From Promethearchaeota archaeon (GTDB taxonomy: Archaea; Asgardarchaeota; Lokiarchaeia; Sigyniarchaeales; SOKP01), in the NCBI GenBank assembly GCA_019058295.1, contig JAHPZI010000029.1:1-58483 (forward strand): a stretch of DNA of 58,483 nucleotides, given 5' to 3'. The notes under the pieces are model-generated. The model was not told where the DNA came from, searched no databases, and was given only the letters and a program-made list of their open reading frames with translations. Of this stretch, positions 48,408 through 57,274 are shown in pieces (position 1 is the stretch's first letter; each line of letters begins with the position of its first letter). Both the position numbers and the translations under genes were made by a program.

Positions 48408-49406
48408 ATGTTAACTCAAGAATATGTTAATGATGTTTTAAAAAACCAATGCGTTAATCTTCGATTCCATGCAAGAGGTGGACAAGGAGGTGTTACTGCT
48501 TCTAATTTATGCGTAGAAGCGTTCAAGGGTCGTGGAATTTGCCAGCCTAAATTTGGAGCGGAACGAGCGGGGAGTCCTACAGAGAGTTATGTTCGTCTTT
48601 CGTTTGATTATGATTTAATACGATCAAACGAACAAGTTTATGGTCCTCATTTTGTTTCTGTATTAGATCCTTCATTACTTACAGAAGTGGATGTTACTGC
48701 CGGCATGCCTCAAGGTGGTTGGTTGATTATAAATACTGTCATGAATCAATTAGAAATCCAAGATATCGTTAAAAGAAAAGATTTAAACATCGCTACTATT
48801 GATGCAACTAATATTGCTATGGAGATCTTAGGAAGAAATATAACAAATACAATCATTTTAGGTGCTTTAATTAGAGTTTCTCACTTATTCTCTCTTGAGG
48901 ATTTATCAGATGCGATTATGAGACGATTTAAAGGTGAAATAGCTGCGAAAAACATTGCCGCAATTAAACAAGCTATTGAAGAAACATGTTTGTATGAAGT
49001 CAATATTGAACTTGACTTTTCAAAAGATACAAAAGTTCCTTGGCAACAAGTTGAGCCAGGTTTGCCAGGATATAAAGAATTAGATAAGGCTGGAGTGTGG
49101 TACTGCGATGAAAATGTCATAAAAGTTGGAAGCGATCAAGTAAATACAGGTTCTTGGGGCGAATGGGAAATGGTTTGGGATAAGGAAACATGTACTGATT
49201 GTGCTCAATGTTGGTTTATTTGTCCTGATTTTGCAATTCTACGAGAAAAAGGAGATGATGGTCTATATCATATGGCTGGAATTGACGTTTTCCATTGCAA
49301 ATCATGTCAAAATTGCTTGGAAATTTGTCCCGTTAATGCTATTAGCAAAAGATCAAAACAAGGTCCAGCGTCTTGTGCTGTACCTGAAGAAACTGGAGGT
49401 AATTAA
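48408..49406 (+). CDS. Pyruvate-type oxidoreductase gamma-delta fusion
   Basis: RFHARGGQGGVT, FGAERAGSP, NTIILGA (gamma); NTGSW, CTDCAQCWFICPD, CKSCQNCLEICP (delta). Confidence 0.9.
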   Translation: MLTQEYVNDVLKNQCVNLRFHARGGQGGVTASNLCVEAFKGRGICQPKFGAERAGSPTESYVRLSFDYDLIRSNEQVYGPHFVSVLDPSLLTEVDVTAGMPQGGWLIINTVMNQLEIQDIVKRKDLNIATIDATNIAMEILGRNITNTIILGALIRVSHLFSLEDLSDAIMRRFKGEIAAKNIAAIKQAIEETCLYEVNIELDFSKDTKVPWQQVEPGLPGYKELDKAGVWYCDENVIKVGSDQVNTGSWGEWEMVWDKETCTDCAQCWFICPDFAILREKGDDGLYHMAGIDVFHCKSCQNCLEICPVNAISKRSKQGPASCAVPEETGGN

Positions 49407-49408
49407 AA

Positions 49409-50638
49409 ATGTCCATAGAACCAATGAAGATTTTTTTTAAAGAGATTAAAGAACCTACTGAAACCACAATGATAGGAAATTATGCGGTAGCTGGAGGAGT
49501 TACGCAAACGGATCCCGATGTTATTTGTGCATTTCCAATTACTCCTCAGACGCAATCAGTAGAAGGATTATCTGATGTAGTCCATCAAGGACGATTAAAA
49601 GCAGCCTTTGTAAATGTCGAATCTGAATTAGCTGCAATAAGTTATTCAACAGCTGCATGTGCTGCGGGGGCCAGAACTTTTACCGCAACCGCTTCTCAAG
49701 GGTATTTATTAATGACTGAAGCATTACCTATGGCTGTAGGATGGAGAGTCCCTCTTACTATGATGATCTCAGCGAGAGCATTTAACTCTCCAAATTTATC
49801 AATTTGGAATAGTTGGGAATTTACTATGACTAACTCTGAACTCGGATGGAATTGCATTGTATCTGAAAATGTCCAAGAGACATATGATGCTGCGATTCTT
49901 TCTGTAATGATATCAGAGGATTCGTTATTTCCAACGATGTTTGTTCATGATGGTTTTATAATATCTCACTCTGTTCAGAATTTATCTCTCATTCCTGACG
50001 AAGTAGTGAGAAATATGACACCAAAGAAGAAAAGACATACGATTAATCCAAAACACCCCGGGACATGGGGCGGAATTGTCACTCCTAGCTTCTTTATGGA
50101 GGGAAGAATGAATCTAGAAGAAGCAAAAAAGCCCGTCTTAGGCATAATGGAAGATGTTTACAAAAGATTTGAAAAAGCTACGGGCAGGCAATACAGATCA
50201 ATTAGAACTTTTAATTTGGATAATCCTTCAAAGACAGCATTCATAACGATGGGCTCCATGTGTGGGAATATAATCAGCTATATGACTAAGCATAAAGACG
50301 TTGGTCTTATAAAAATAAAAACCTACCGTCCCTTTCCCTACGAAGACTTACAAAAAATTATACAAGATCACAATATAGAGAAGCTAATTATTTTAGAGAA
50401 ATCAGATGCATTAAATGGATTATTACCCCCTTTTTCAATGACAATTGCTTCAGCATTATATCCCCTTGGAACGTTATTTAGAAGCTTTATAGTCGGATTA
50501 GGTGGTCGCGATGTTACAAGAGACGAATTTGATATAGCTAAAAAGAAGATGGAAACCGTAAAAGATATGAAAGGGCCTCTCTATTCATATCTAGGTGTGA
50601 GAGAAACAAAAGATAAAATTCATGGGGTGAGTAAATAA
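49409..50638 (+). CDS. porA: Pyruvate-type oxidoreductase alpha subunit
   Basis: AFPITPQT, NVESE, RTFTATASQG, DGFIISH, YRPFP, GLGGRD. Confidence 0.92.
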   Translation: MSIEPMKIFFKEIKEPTETTMIGNYAVAGGVTQTDPDVICAFPITPQTQSVEGLSDVVHQGRLKAAFVNVESELAAISYSTAACAAGARTFTATASQGYLLMTEALPMAVGWRVPLTMMISARAFNSPNLSIWNSWEFTMTNSELGWNCIVSENVQETYDAAILSVMISEDSLFPTMFVHDGFIISHSVQNLSLIPDEVVRNMTPKKKRHTINPKHPGTWGGIVTPSFFMEGRMNLEEAKKPVLGIMEDVYKRFEKATGRQYRSIRTFNLDNPSKTAFITMGSMCGNIISYMTKHKDVGLIKIKTYRPFPYEDLQKIIQDHNIEKLIILEKSDALNGLLPPFSMTIASALYPLGTLFRSFIVGLGGRDVTRDEFDIAKKKMETVKDMKGPLYSYLGVRETKDKIHGVSK

Positions 50639-50640
50639 AA

Positions 50641-51729
50641 ATGTCGAAACCAGAGAGAAATGTTATACAAATTGATGATTTATTGGCCAGAGATGGAAAA
50701 TGTAATGTGTTATTTCTAAATTACGATAATGAAGCCTTTATGAATACAGGAATTCAAGAAAGTGGTGGTACTCCACCTCATGCTGCTACAACTACAGGTC
50801 CTGCTGGAGAAAAAGTTCCTGGGAAAGTTGGAGTGAAACAAGATTTAGTAACTCCTTTTGGATTTTATGGTACAAAATCAACATTTTTAGCAACTGTTAA
50901 TCCAGCTTATCCAAACGATTTGATAGGAAAGATTGTCGAAGCGTTAAAAACAAATGGAGGAGCTTTCATTCAATCATATGCCGATTGTATGAGAGGCTGG
51001 AGGCATGCTTCTCAAGATGCTGTAAAAGTTTCTAAACTCGCGACCGATTGTGGTTATTGGCCATTATACACAATAAAAGTAAAAGATGGGATGCCAACTT
51101 TTTCATATTTTAGAGGTTTAGAAATAGATAAAGAAAAATTTGTTGATTATTTAAAATCTATGGGCAGATTCAGACATCTTTTTAGGCCAAAATTTATGGA
51201 AAAAGAAATCGATGAGATAATTTATTATACCGAACAACGAAATGAAAAATTAAAAGGACTAATTGAGCAATTTGGATCAGAAAAACCAGTTGATGTATAT
51301 AGAGTAAATCGGAAAGCATTAGAACCACAAAAACATCTGCTTCCTGGACATGGTCTGTGTCCTGGTTGCGGTGCGGGTATGTTTTTAAATCAAATGGCAA
51401 CAGCTGCACAATTAGTTGCTGGGACAAATATTATCTATGTAAATAACACAAGCTGTTCTGAAGTCTCTACTTCAAAGGATTTTGTTACTTCTTGGACTGT
51501 ACCATGGGTACATCATCTATTTGAATCAGGAGCAACAATCGCTGATGCAATTTCAACAACATATAAAATCATGAAATCAAAAGGTCTGTATAACGGTGAA
51601 GTACCATACCTCATACATATTGGTGGTGATGGCTCAACTTATGACATTGGTTTCCAATTTCTTAAGGCTGCTTTGGTAAGATCAAGTAGTTTTGTAGAAA
51701 TGAATGAATACCTTTTAAATCAGAAATAA
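50641..51729 (+). CDS. porB: Pyruvate-type oxidoreductase beta subunit, circularly permuted
   Basis: Begins with NVLFLNYDNEAFMNTGIQESGGTP (normally mid-protein) and ends with PGHGLCPGCG...TSCSEV...GGDGSTYDIGFQ (normally N-terminal). Confidence 0.9.
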   Translation: MSKPERNVIQIDDLLARDGKCNVLFLNYDNEAFMNTGIQESGGTPPHAATTTGPAGEKVPGKVGVKQDLVTPFGFYGTKSTFLATVNPAYPNDLIGKIVEALKTNGGAFIQSYADCMRGWRHASQDAVKVSKLATDCGYWPLYTIKVKDGMPTFSYFRGLEIDKEKFVDYLKSMGRFRHLFRPKFMEKEIDEIIYYTEQRNEKLKGLIEQFGSEKPVDVYRVNRKALEPQKHLLPGHGLCPGCGAGMFLNQMATAAQLVAGTNIIYVNNTSCSEVSTSKDFVTSWTVPWVHHLFESGATIADAISTTYKIMKSKGLYNGEVPYLIHIGGDGSTYDIGFQFLKAALVRSSSFVEMNEYLLNQK

Positions 51730-51807
51730 TTTCTTTTTTAACCTCTTATTTTTTTTTTAAATGTTTATTTGAAAATTGTTTTATTATTTTATATCTTTTT
51801 AATTTTT

Positions 51808-52581
51808 ATGGTTATAAAAATTGAGAAGAAAACTATAGATAAGGGAAAAATCTACACAATAATAATTGATAATCCTGAAGTAAAGAACGCAGTTGATGGA
51901 CCAACAGCTAAAGAACTTGCCGATGCGTTTCGAGATTTTGAACAAGACAATAATGCTTTAGTTGCTGTTTTATGGGGTGCTAATGGAACATTTTGCGCGG
52001 GGGCAAACTTAAAAGCTATCGCTGATGGGCGTGGTAATAGGATAGATACTAAAGGAGATGGTCCTATGGGACCTTCTAGAATGGTTCTCTCAAAACCCGT
52101 CATCGCAGCAGTGGCGGGATACGCAGTCGCAGGTGGTCTTGAACTTGCATGTTGGTGTGATATGCGAGTTGTTGAGAAAAACGCGATATTTGGAGTTTTT
52201 TGTCGTAGATTTGGAGTACCTCTTATTGATGGAGGAACTGTACGCCTTCCTAGATTAATTGGGTTAAGTCGAGCAATGGATATGATTCTTACAGGGCGCC
52301 CTGTAACTGCTGAAGAAGCTTATTCTTGGGGTCTTGCTAATCGCATTGTTGAAAATAATCAATCGAGACCAGAAGCAGAAAAATTGGCAAGAGAAATTGC
52401 TTTTCATCCTCAAACATGTATGAGAAATGATCGTTTATCAACTTATGAGCAATTTGGGATGAGTATAAAGGATGCAATGGCTAATGAATTCGAATGGGGC
52501 AGAAAAACCTTGGCTAGTGGAGAATATTTAGAAGGAAGTGAAGCATTTACACAAGGTAAAGGAAAACATGGAAAATTCTAA
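51808..52581 (+). CDS. Enoyl-CoA hydratase/crotonase family protein
   Basis: FCAGANL, KPVIAAVAGYAVAGGLEL, GVPLIDGGTVRLPRLIG. Confidence 0.93.
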   Translation: MVIKIEKKTIDKGKIYTIIIDNPEVKNAVDGPTAKELADAFRDFEQDNNALVAVLWGANGTFCAGANLKAIADGRGNRIDTKGDGPMGPSRMVLSKPVIAAVAGYAVAGGLELACWCDMRVVEKNAIFGVFCRRFGVPLIDGGTVRLPRLIGLSRAMDMILTGRPVTAEEAYSWGLANRIVENNQSRPEAEKLAREIAFHPQTCMRNDRLSTYEQFGMSIKDAMANEFEWGRKTLASGEYLEGSEAFTQGKGKHGKF

Positions 52582-52628
52582 AAGAAAAATTACATTTATT
52601 TTTAATTATTATAAAATAAGGTGAAATT

Positions 52629-53033
52629 ATGATAGCATTCGAAGAATTGAGAGTGAAAACTCCAAAAAGAGAAGTTCTTATAAATATAACGAGCGATATT
52701 AATAAAATTGTAAGAAATAGTAAAATAGAAGAAGGAGTCTGTCGAATTTTTGTCCCCCATACAACAGCGGGAATTACTATCAATGAAAACGCAGATCCTG
52801 CAGTAATGAAAGATATAATAAATTATTTGAATAAGTTAATTCCACAAAGAGCAGGCTTTTCTCACATGGAGGGCAATAGCGATGCGCATATAAAATCTTC
52901 CTTAACTGGACCATCTTTAGATGTTATTATTCACAATGGTAGATTAGTATTGGGGACTTGGCAAGGGATTATGTTCGCAGAATACGATGGTCCGCGTCAT
53001 AGAAAGGTATATATACAAGTTCAAGGGGAATAA
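52629..53033 (+). CDS. yjbQ: YjbQ/UPF0047 family protein
   Basis: PHTTAGITINENADP, GNSDAHIKS, LGTWQ, EYDGPR. Confidence 0.95.
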   Translation: MIAFEELRVKTPKREVLINITSDINKIVRNSKIEEGVCRIFVPHTTAGITINENADPAVMKDIINYLNKLIPQRAGFSHMEGNSDAHIKSSLTGPSLDVIIHNGRLVLGTWQGIMFAEYDGPRHRKVYIQVQGE

Positions 53034-53134
53034 TTCAAAAATAAACGAGATTATTTTCTATAAACACAAATTTAATATTATCATTAAAAATTTATATTTA
53101 TAAAATAAAAACCATATTTTCTGAGGAGTTAAGA

Positions 53135-53467
53135 TTGAGTTTGGATTGGAATTTTTATTTAAGTCTAATTTGTTCAATAGGAGGAATAGTGTTTTTTTTA
53201 TATAGCTTGTACATTATTAAAAGAATTAAAGAGTTGTTCCCTGGCACTAGAATAATCAAAAAATGGTATGCTATTCAGGCATTAATTATTTTATTTTTGG
53301 TTGGGTATGTTGTAAACATAATCTTTTTAGCGTTAGAATATATCGAAATTGTAACTATTATGACTGCGATTGTTTATATTTTTGGTGCTGTATTTGTTTT
53401 AATTGTGGTAGATCTAAGCTATAAAACATATAAATTAATTTTGTTAGAATCCTCGTCAAAAAAATAG
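53135..53467 (+). CDS. Small 3-TM membrane protein
   Basis: Three hydrophobic helices; GAGGAG SD before a TTG start. Confidence 0.75.
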   Translation: MSLDWNFYLSLICSIGGIVFFLYSLYIIKRIKELFPGTRIIKKWYAIQALIILFLVGYVVNIIFLALEYIEIVTIMTAIVYIFGAVFVLIVVDLSYKTYKLILLESSSKK

Positions 53468-53500
53468 AATTATCTGTCATAGAAATATTTACAATTTAAA

Positions 53501-53902
53501 ATGTTTTCGATTATTGATGATTTATGGATATTTTCTAAGGAGGGGCTACCTATAGTTGAATTTTGTAAGGAGGGGAAAATAGACAAATCACTCTTAGGAG
53601 CATTTTTTTCCGCAATAAAATCATTTAGTAAGAAAATATCATCTGGAGATGAATTAACTTCATTCATAATGAAAGATTGTAAATTCACATTAGTGCCAGC
53701 ACTTAAAAATGACGCTATTCTCGTTTGCAGATCAGATCCGAAGCACAAAGAAAAAAAAATCCATAAACTCTGCAATGTTATTGTAAGAATTTTTGAGGAA
53801 ACATTCGACTCATCAGATATCAATAATTGGGATGGAGATTTATCTTTTTTTGATGATTTCAAGGCCAAATTAGACCTTTATTTTAAGATGAGCGCCTTAT
53901 AA
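53501..53902 (+). CDS. Longin/roadblock-like small protein
   Basis: DLWIFSKEGLPI...LLGAFFSAIKSFS...LTSF; shares the GxFxSAIxxF helix with 8967-9940. Confidence 0.7.
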   Translation: MFSIIDDLWIFSKEGLPIVEFCKEGKIDKSLLGAFFSAIKSFSKKISSGDELTSFIMKDCKFTLVPALKNDAILVCRSDPKHKEKKIHKLCNVIVRIFEETFDSSDINNWDGDLSFFDDFKAKLDLYFKMSAL

Positions 53903-53932
53903 ATTAAAAATATTAAGATTATTAAAAAAAAA

Positions 53933-55168
53933 TTATCCTGCCAATTGAATGCTACAAGGAAAAACCGCTGCTTTTGGAGGATCGCTATAATCATCAGATA
54001 ATTGTTTTATTAAACTATCCCAATCCTGAAATAATTTTACAGATTTAGGGAAAAAATGATATAAATCAGAAAGACTAATATTAGGTGAGAAGAAATAAAC
54101 TTGTTTTCTTTTTACAAAAGCTTTCCAAATGATACTTTCCCCTAAATTATTATATAACTTTGCTCCAGTTTCAGCTACGAGGCTATGATATCCACGCCCT
54201 TCATATGAAGAAGACATTAACACAATAGTACCTTTTCTATCAAGAATTTTATTTGAAGCAGTCATTAGAAAATTAAAGCCTTTAACTGATTGATTTAATT
54301 CAGAATCTTCAGGAAATAGATTGAAGAAGCAGATTTGATTTTCAAGCGTATAATCTGTTGAATAATTTTCTTTTGCGATCTCCATAGCTTTTCTATGAGC
54401 ATCTCTAAAGTGTCCTGCTGTTAAAGCAGCAATATCTCCTCGTTCAGTTAAAATCGCATTAATAGAGAAATCTAAGCCTACTTTATCCGCAATATCTTCA
54501 ATATCTTTCCTAATCTCAGTCATTCTACCTATTCCTGCCCCTATACCTCTCATTCCAGCGGAATGATTTGCTTCGAGAGTGCGAATTCCACAGACACCTG
54601 GTAATACAATCTTCGCACCACCTCCAAATCCTGCTAAAGGGTGAGGTATCACTCCTCCTAAAGAGATTTTTAAATCAGCACTGACATAAGTAGAATTAAC
54701 ATCAATAGGAGTCCCAATTTTTGATTCACCAAGATTAGTGAGATTTTCATAGGGATGATGATTTTCAATGCAAATTGTATCTACAACTTCTCTTCCAAGC
54801 TTTAGAATACAATCATGTCGATTCATTGGTTTATGAGCGCCTAAAGCTAATAAAATAATTATTTGATCCTTCGCTACATTTGCTTTTTCTAATTCCTCAA
54901 AAACAAAGGGTAATACTTTATAGACTGGTGTAGTTCTTGTCATATCATCAACAACAATTACAACTTTTTCCTTTCCTTTTGCTAATTCTGACAATTTAGG
55001 AGTTCCAATTGGATTGAGAATAGATTCTTTAATTTCATTATCAGATATTTGTGGTGCTTCCGCTCCGGTCATACTACAAACGGATACGTCCCAAGAATCT
55101 GGAAATTTTAATTCTAAATATTCTGGCTCTCGCCAAGCAGCCCAAGGTACTTTAAATATCTTTACCAA
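53933..55168 (-). CDS. larA: LarA-family nickel-pincer racemase/epimerase
   Basis: DDMTR, ALGAH, NHHP, PHPLAGFGGGAK, ANHS, NQSVKG. Confidence 0.9.
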   Translation of the reverse strand: MVKIFKVPWAAWREPEYLELKFPDSWDVSVCSMTGAEAPQISDNEIKESILNPIGTPKLSELAKGKEKVVIVVDDMTRTTPVYKVLPFVFEELEKANVAKDQIIILLALGAHKPMNRHDCILKLGREVVDTICIENHHPYENLTNLGESKIGTPIDVNSTYVSADLKISLGGVIPHPLAGFGGGAKIVLPGVCGIRTLEANHSAGMRGIGAGIGRMTEIRKDIEDIADKVGLDFSINAILTERGDIAALTAGHFRDAHRKAMEIAKENYSTDYTLENQICFFNLFPEDSELNQSVKGFNFLMTASNKILDRKGTIVLMSSSYEGRGYHSLVAETGAKLYNNLGESIIWKAFVKRKQVYFFSPNISLSDLYHFFPKSVKLFQDWDSLIKQLSDDYSDPPKAAVFPCSIQLAG

Positions 55169-55321
55169 GAAAATTCACTTCAATATTTTTTTTTAATATT
55201 ATTTCAATTTGCATTATTAATTAATCTTTTAAATTTCTCTTAAGATAAAAAAATAAAGAATTGAATATTTACTTAATCATCTAAATTCTAAGAAAATACA
55301 TGATGGTTTACTTTTACTCAA

Positions 55322-56146
55322 ATGATTGATAATTTGAAGATTTTCGATTCACATATTCATTATTTGGGGAAATTTAAGAGAAGGGATGAAACTTTAACAG
55401 ACTTTTTAGATAGATTCGGAATTGACAAATCAATTGTCACTGCATTGAACACATCTGCTAATAAAAATTTGCTAATTAGAGATGATATAAATTTTAACGA
55501 AAAGGAATATGCTGAAAAATTATATGCAAAAAGCCAACATAATCACGAAGTAGTTAGAGAATTAATTAAGAAAAATTCAGATAGATTAGTAGGCGTTTAT
55601 TGGTTTAATCCCAGAATTGCCGATGATAACGATTGGAAAACTTTAGAAAAATATATTAAAGATTACAATTTTAAAGGTGTAAAAATTCAGGCTTCACTTG
55701 ATAATTTGAAGATTCCAAATGATTTGTTTGAATTAGCGGAATTTTGTATAGGTTTCGATATTCCACTTTTTATTCATTCTGGACAATCTTTCTTTTTCCA
55801 AGAACCATTTCGCGTCAAAGATATTTATACTTTAGTTAAAAAATATGGAGAGCTCAAATGTGTCATTTTGCATGCGGCTTACACTATGGAATATTGTATT
55901 AGTTGTTTGAAATTTTTTCCTAAATGCTCTAATGTATATTTTGAAACAAGTTTATCAATCCCATATGGGATAAATATTTTGATTAAAGTCATGGGGAACC
56001 ACCGGGTTATGTATGGATCAGATTCACCAGCAGCAACCACACCAGATATAGAAATTAATAAAATTAGAATTCTTGATTTAGATAAAAAAACGTTAGAAAA
56101 TGTATTTTATAATAATATAAGCAATCTAATAGGTGAAATCTCATAA
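55322..56146 (+). CDS. Amidohydrolase_2-family TIM-barrel protein
   Basis: FDSHIH, KGVK, FIHSG, ILH, NVYFETS, YGSDSP. Confidence 0.9.
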   Translation: MIDNLKIFDSHIHYLGKFKRRDETLTDFLDRFGIDKSIVTALNTSANKNLLIRDDINFNEKEYAEKLYAKSQHNHEVVRELIKKNSDRLVGVYWFNPRIADDNDWKTLEKYIKDYNFKGVKIQASLDNLKIPNDLFELAEFCIGFDIPLFIHSGQSFFFQEPFRVKDIYTLVKKYGELKCVILHAAYTMEYCISCLKFFPKCSNVYFETSLSIPYGINILIKVMGNHRVMYGSDSPAATTPDIEINKIRILDLDKKTLENVFYNNISNLIGEIS

Positions 56147-57015
56147 ATCAACAAGATAAATTTAGAATTTTTGACAGTCATCTCCATACCTATGGAAAAT
56201 TCATAGGAGAATCTAAAAATGTGCTTGATTATATGGATAGATTTAACGTAGAGAAAGCAATAATAACAACAATTAATAGAGCAAAATTTTTTCAAAAGAA
56301 CGATAAATCCGGAAATATAAATCCGCTCGAGAATAATATGGCAGATCTCTTAAAAAATTTTAAAAAAGTAATGTTAAAAGGGCAGCTACCTCATCAAGAC
56401 GTAATAGATATTGCAAATAAATCTCCCGAACGATTTTATAAACTTTTTTGGTTTAATCCTAATTTAGAACCTGAGGAAGAAGAATCAAACTACAAAATTT
56501 TAGAAGAACATTTTAAAAAAGGATTCTGCGGCGTAAAAATACATAACATATTTCATATGTTCAGAGTTCCAAGAGATATTCTTAAATTAGTTTCATTTAT
56601 TCAAGAATATAATAAAAATTTGATATTATTTATTCATTCTGCTCCTGATACTTCGTTTTTTAAAGGTGTTTCATGTAGGGATATCGCAAAATTAGCAAAA
56701 AATCAGGAATTTCAGGAATTACGAATAATTGTAGGACATGCTGCCTATAGCATGGAATACAGTATGGATGTAGCATTTAATTTAAAAAAATTTAAGAATG
56801 TTTATTTTGAGACTTCTGCTTCTGCGTCTTTTGGAATTTATAATATATTTAAGGCTGTAGGCTCTAAACGCATTTTATTTGGGTCTGACTCTCCGGTTGT
56901 ATCTCCAATCCAGCTTGAAATCGACAAAATATTGACATTGCCTATTTCTAATGAAGTAAAACAAGATATCTTATATAATAATGTAAATAAGCTACTTGAA
57001 TTTTGTCAAAATTAA
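56143..57015 (+). CDS. Amidohydrolase_2-family protein, tandem paralog; probable ATA start
   Basis: The in-frame extension INQQDKFRIFDSHLH restores the HxH motif; ATAA overlap with the upstream stop; GGTGA at 56132. Confidence 0.88.
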   Translation: MNQQDKFRIFDSHLHTYGKFIGESKNVLDYMDRFNVEKAIITTINRAKFFQKNDKSGNINPLENNMADLLKNFKKVMLKGQLPHQDVIDIANKSPERFYKLFWFNPNLEPEEEESNYKILEEHFKKGFCGVKIHNIFHMFRVPRDILKLVSFIQEYNKNLILFIHSAPDTSFFKGVSCRDIAKLAKNQEFQELRIIVGHAAYSMEYSMDVAFNLKKFKNVYFETSASASFGIYNIFKAVGSKRILFGSDSPVVSPIQLEIDKILTLPISNEVKQDILYNNVNKLLEFCQN

Positions 57016-57274
57016 TTTAAGTAAAAATCCTTATTATGTCATCTTAAATTTACTAAATAATTTATTTTTTTTATTCCCAAATTCAGACTTTAACAAATTT
57101 AAAATATCTTTAACAAATAATCTTATTGTTAAAATAAACTCAATTAAGGTCTATTAAAAGATAAAATTAAATGAAAATCTTATCGTTTTAAATAAAGTAA
57201 AAATAGTAAAAATTAACTTTTAAGAGATTCTTGTGATAATATAAAAATTAATATAGTATAGAGGAAGAACGTCC

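Noticed and set aside
853-56295. Many short ORFs nested in or antisense to long genes (e.g. 853-1140, 9049-9321, 18399-18749, 39366-39683, 53470-53868)
   Set aside because: They overlap well-supported genes and show no motifs.
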